Of a stretch of DNA of 64,000 nt, positions 63,550-64,000 are shown piece by piece. This DNA comes from Camelus ferus (lineage: Eukaryota), in NCBI RefSeq assembly GCF_009834535.1, contig NC_045717.1:25854001-25918000 (forward strand). The letters are read 5' to 3'. Position numbers and translations under genes: made by a program. The notes below the pieces were generated by a model. It was not told the origin of the DNA, did no database searches, and saw only the letters and a program-made list of their open reading frames with translations. Numbering within the stretch: position 1 is the first letter of the stretch; every line of letters begins with the position of its first letter.

Positions 63550-63790
63550 AATCCAGGATTTCTTAACTGGGGGTGACCCTGCCCCCAAGGGACAAAGGGC
63601 CAAGTCTGGGGCATCTGTACTTGTCACGCCTGGAGGACTCCTGGTATTGCGTGGGTGGGGCCAGGGAGGCTGCCCCATACCCTGCAGTGCCCAGGACGGC
63701 CCCCCACGGAGTGTGACTCGGTCCCAAGTGTCTTATTTGGGACTCAGGAGCTGCAGGAATGATTGTCTCCTTCTCAGAATCCAGTTTCTT
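63550..63790. mobile_element. MER20-like DNA transposon
   Basis: CAGTGCCCAGGACGGCCCCCCAC, shared with the 33440 copy. Confidence 0.7.
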
Positions 63791-64000
63791 AAGTCGGATA
63801 TGCCTTTTCAATCCCAATGTCAGCAGCACCAAGATGGAGAAATTCTGCCCTAGGAAATGCAAGCTAACCTCTGTGACAGAAAGCAGATCAGTGGTTGCTT
63901 GGATAACAGAGGTGGGGAGGGAGGGGAGGAAGGATCTCAGAGGCGCCCAAGGAAACTTTTGAGGGTAACGAAGACGTTCACTGCCTTGACTGCTGACCAC

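Noticed and set aside
59760-64000. Exons of the next syntenic gene (JSRP1 in human)
   Set aside because: No convincing coding exon found; the region is mostly repeats.

Overview
GC-rich mammalian genomic DNA, syntenic with human 19p13.3 in reverse orientation. Its tRNA-derived SINEs and L1 3' ends look camelid-type (moderate confidence). Five genes were reconstructed exon by exon from splice signals and reading frame. (1) SPPL2B, minus strand: coding exons 1-13 from 12171 down to 210, with the 3' end outside the window. (2) LSM7, plus strand: 4 exons, 103 aa, head-to-head with SPPL2B with only 160 bp between the ATGs. (3) LINGO3, plus strand: non-coding exon ending at 27860, single coding exon 40484-42262, 592 codons. 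(4) PEAK3/C19orf35 pseudokinase, plus strand: 3 coding exons, 470 aa. (5) OAZ1 antizyme 1, minus strand: 5 exons, translated through the known +1 frameshift at UCC-UGA-U with a downstream pseudoknot. The rest is mostly MIR/L2/L1/MLT1/MER/LTR/SINE repeats plus five N-runs. The best-supported exotic mechanism, antizyme frameshifting, is already described. The most promising undescribed leads are: an OAZ1 intron-1 alternative acceptor with a downstream AUG that reads into ORF2 without a frameshift; about 98% identical, CpG-rich cores shared by ancient MLT1 copies (and 90-94% for L1M copies), suggesting ectopic gene conversion; and several unusual splice architectures (SPPL2B GAGGAG acceptor behind a branch-point minisatellite, PEAK3 recursive-type site, LINGO3 uORF). 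Comparisons to human or rat proteins are from memory, not from a search.
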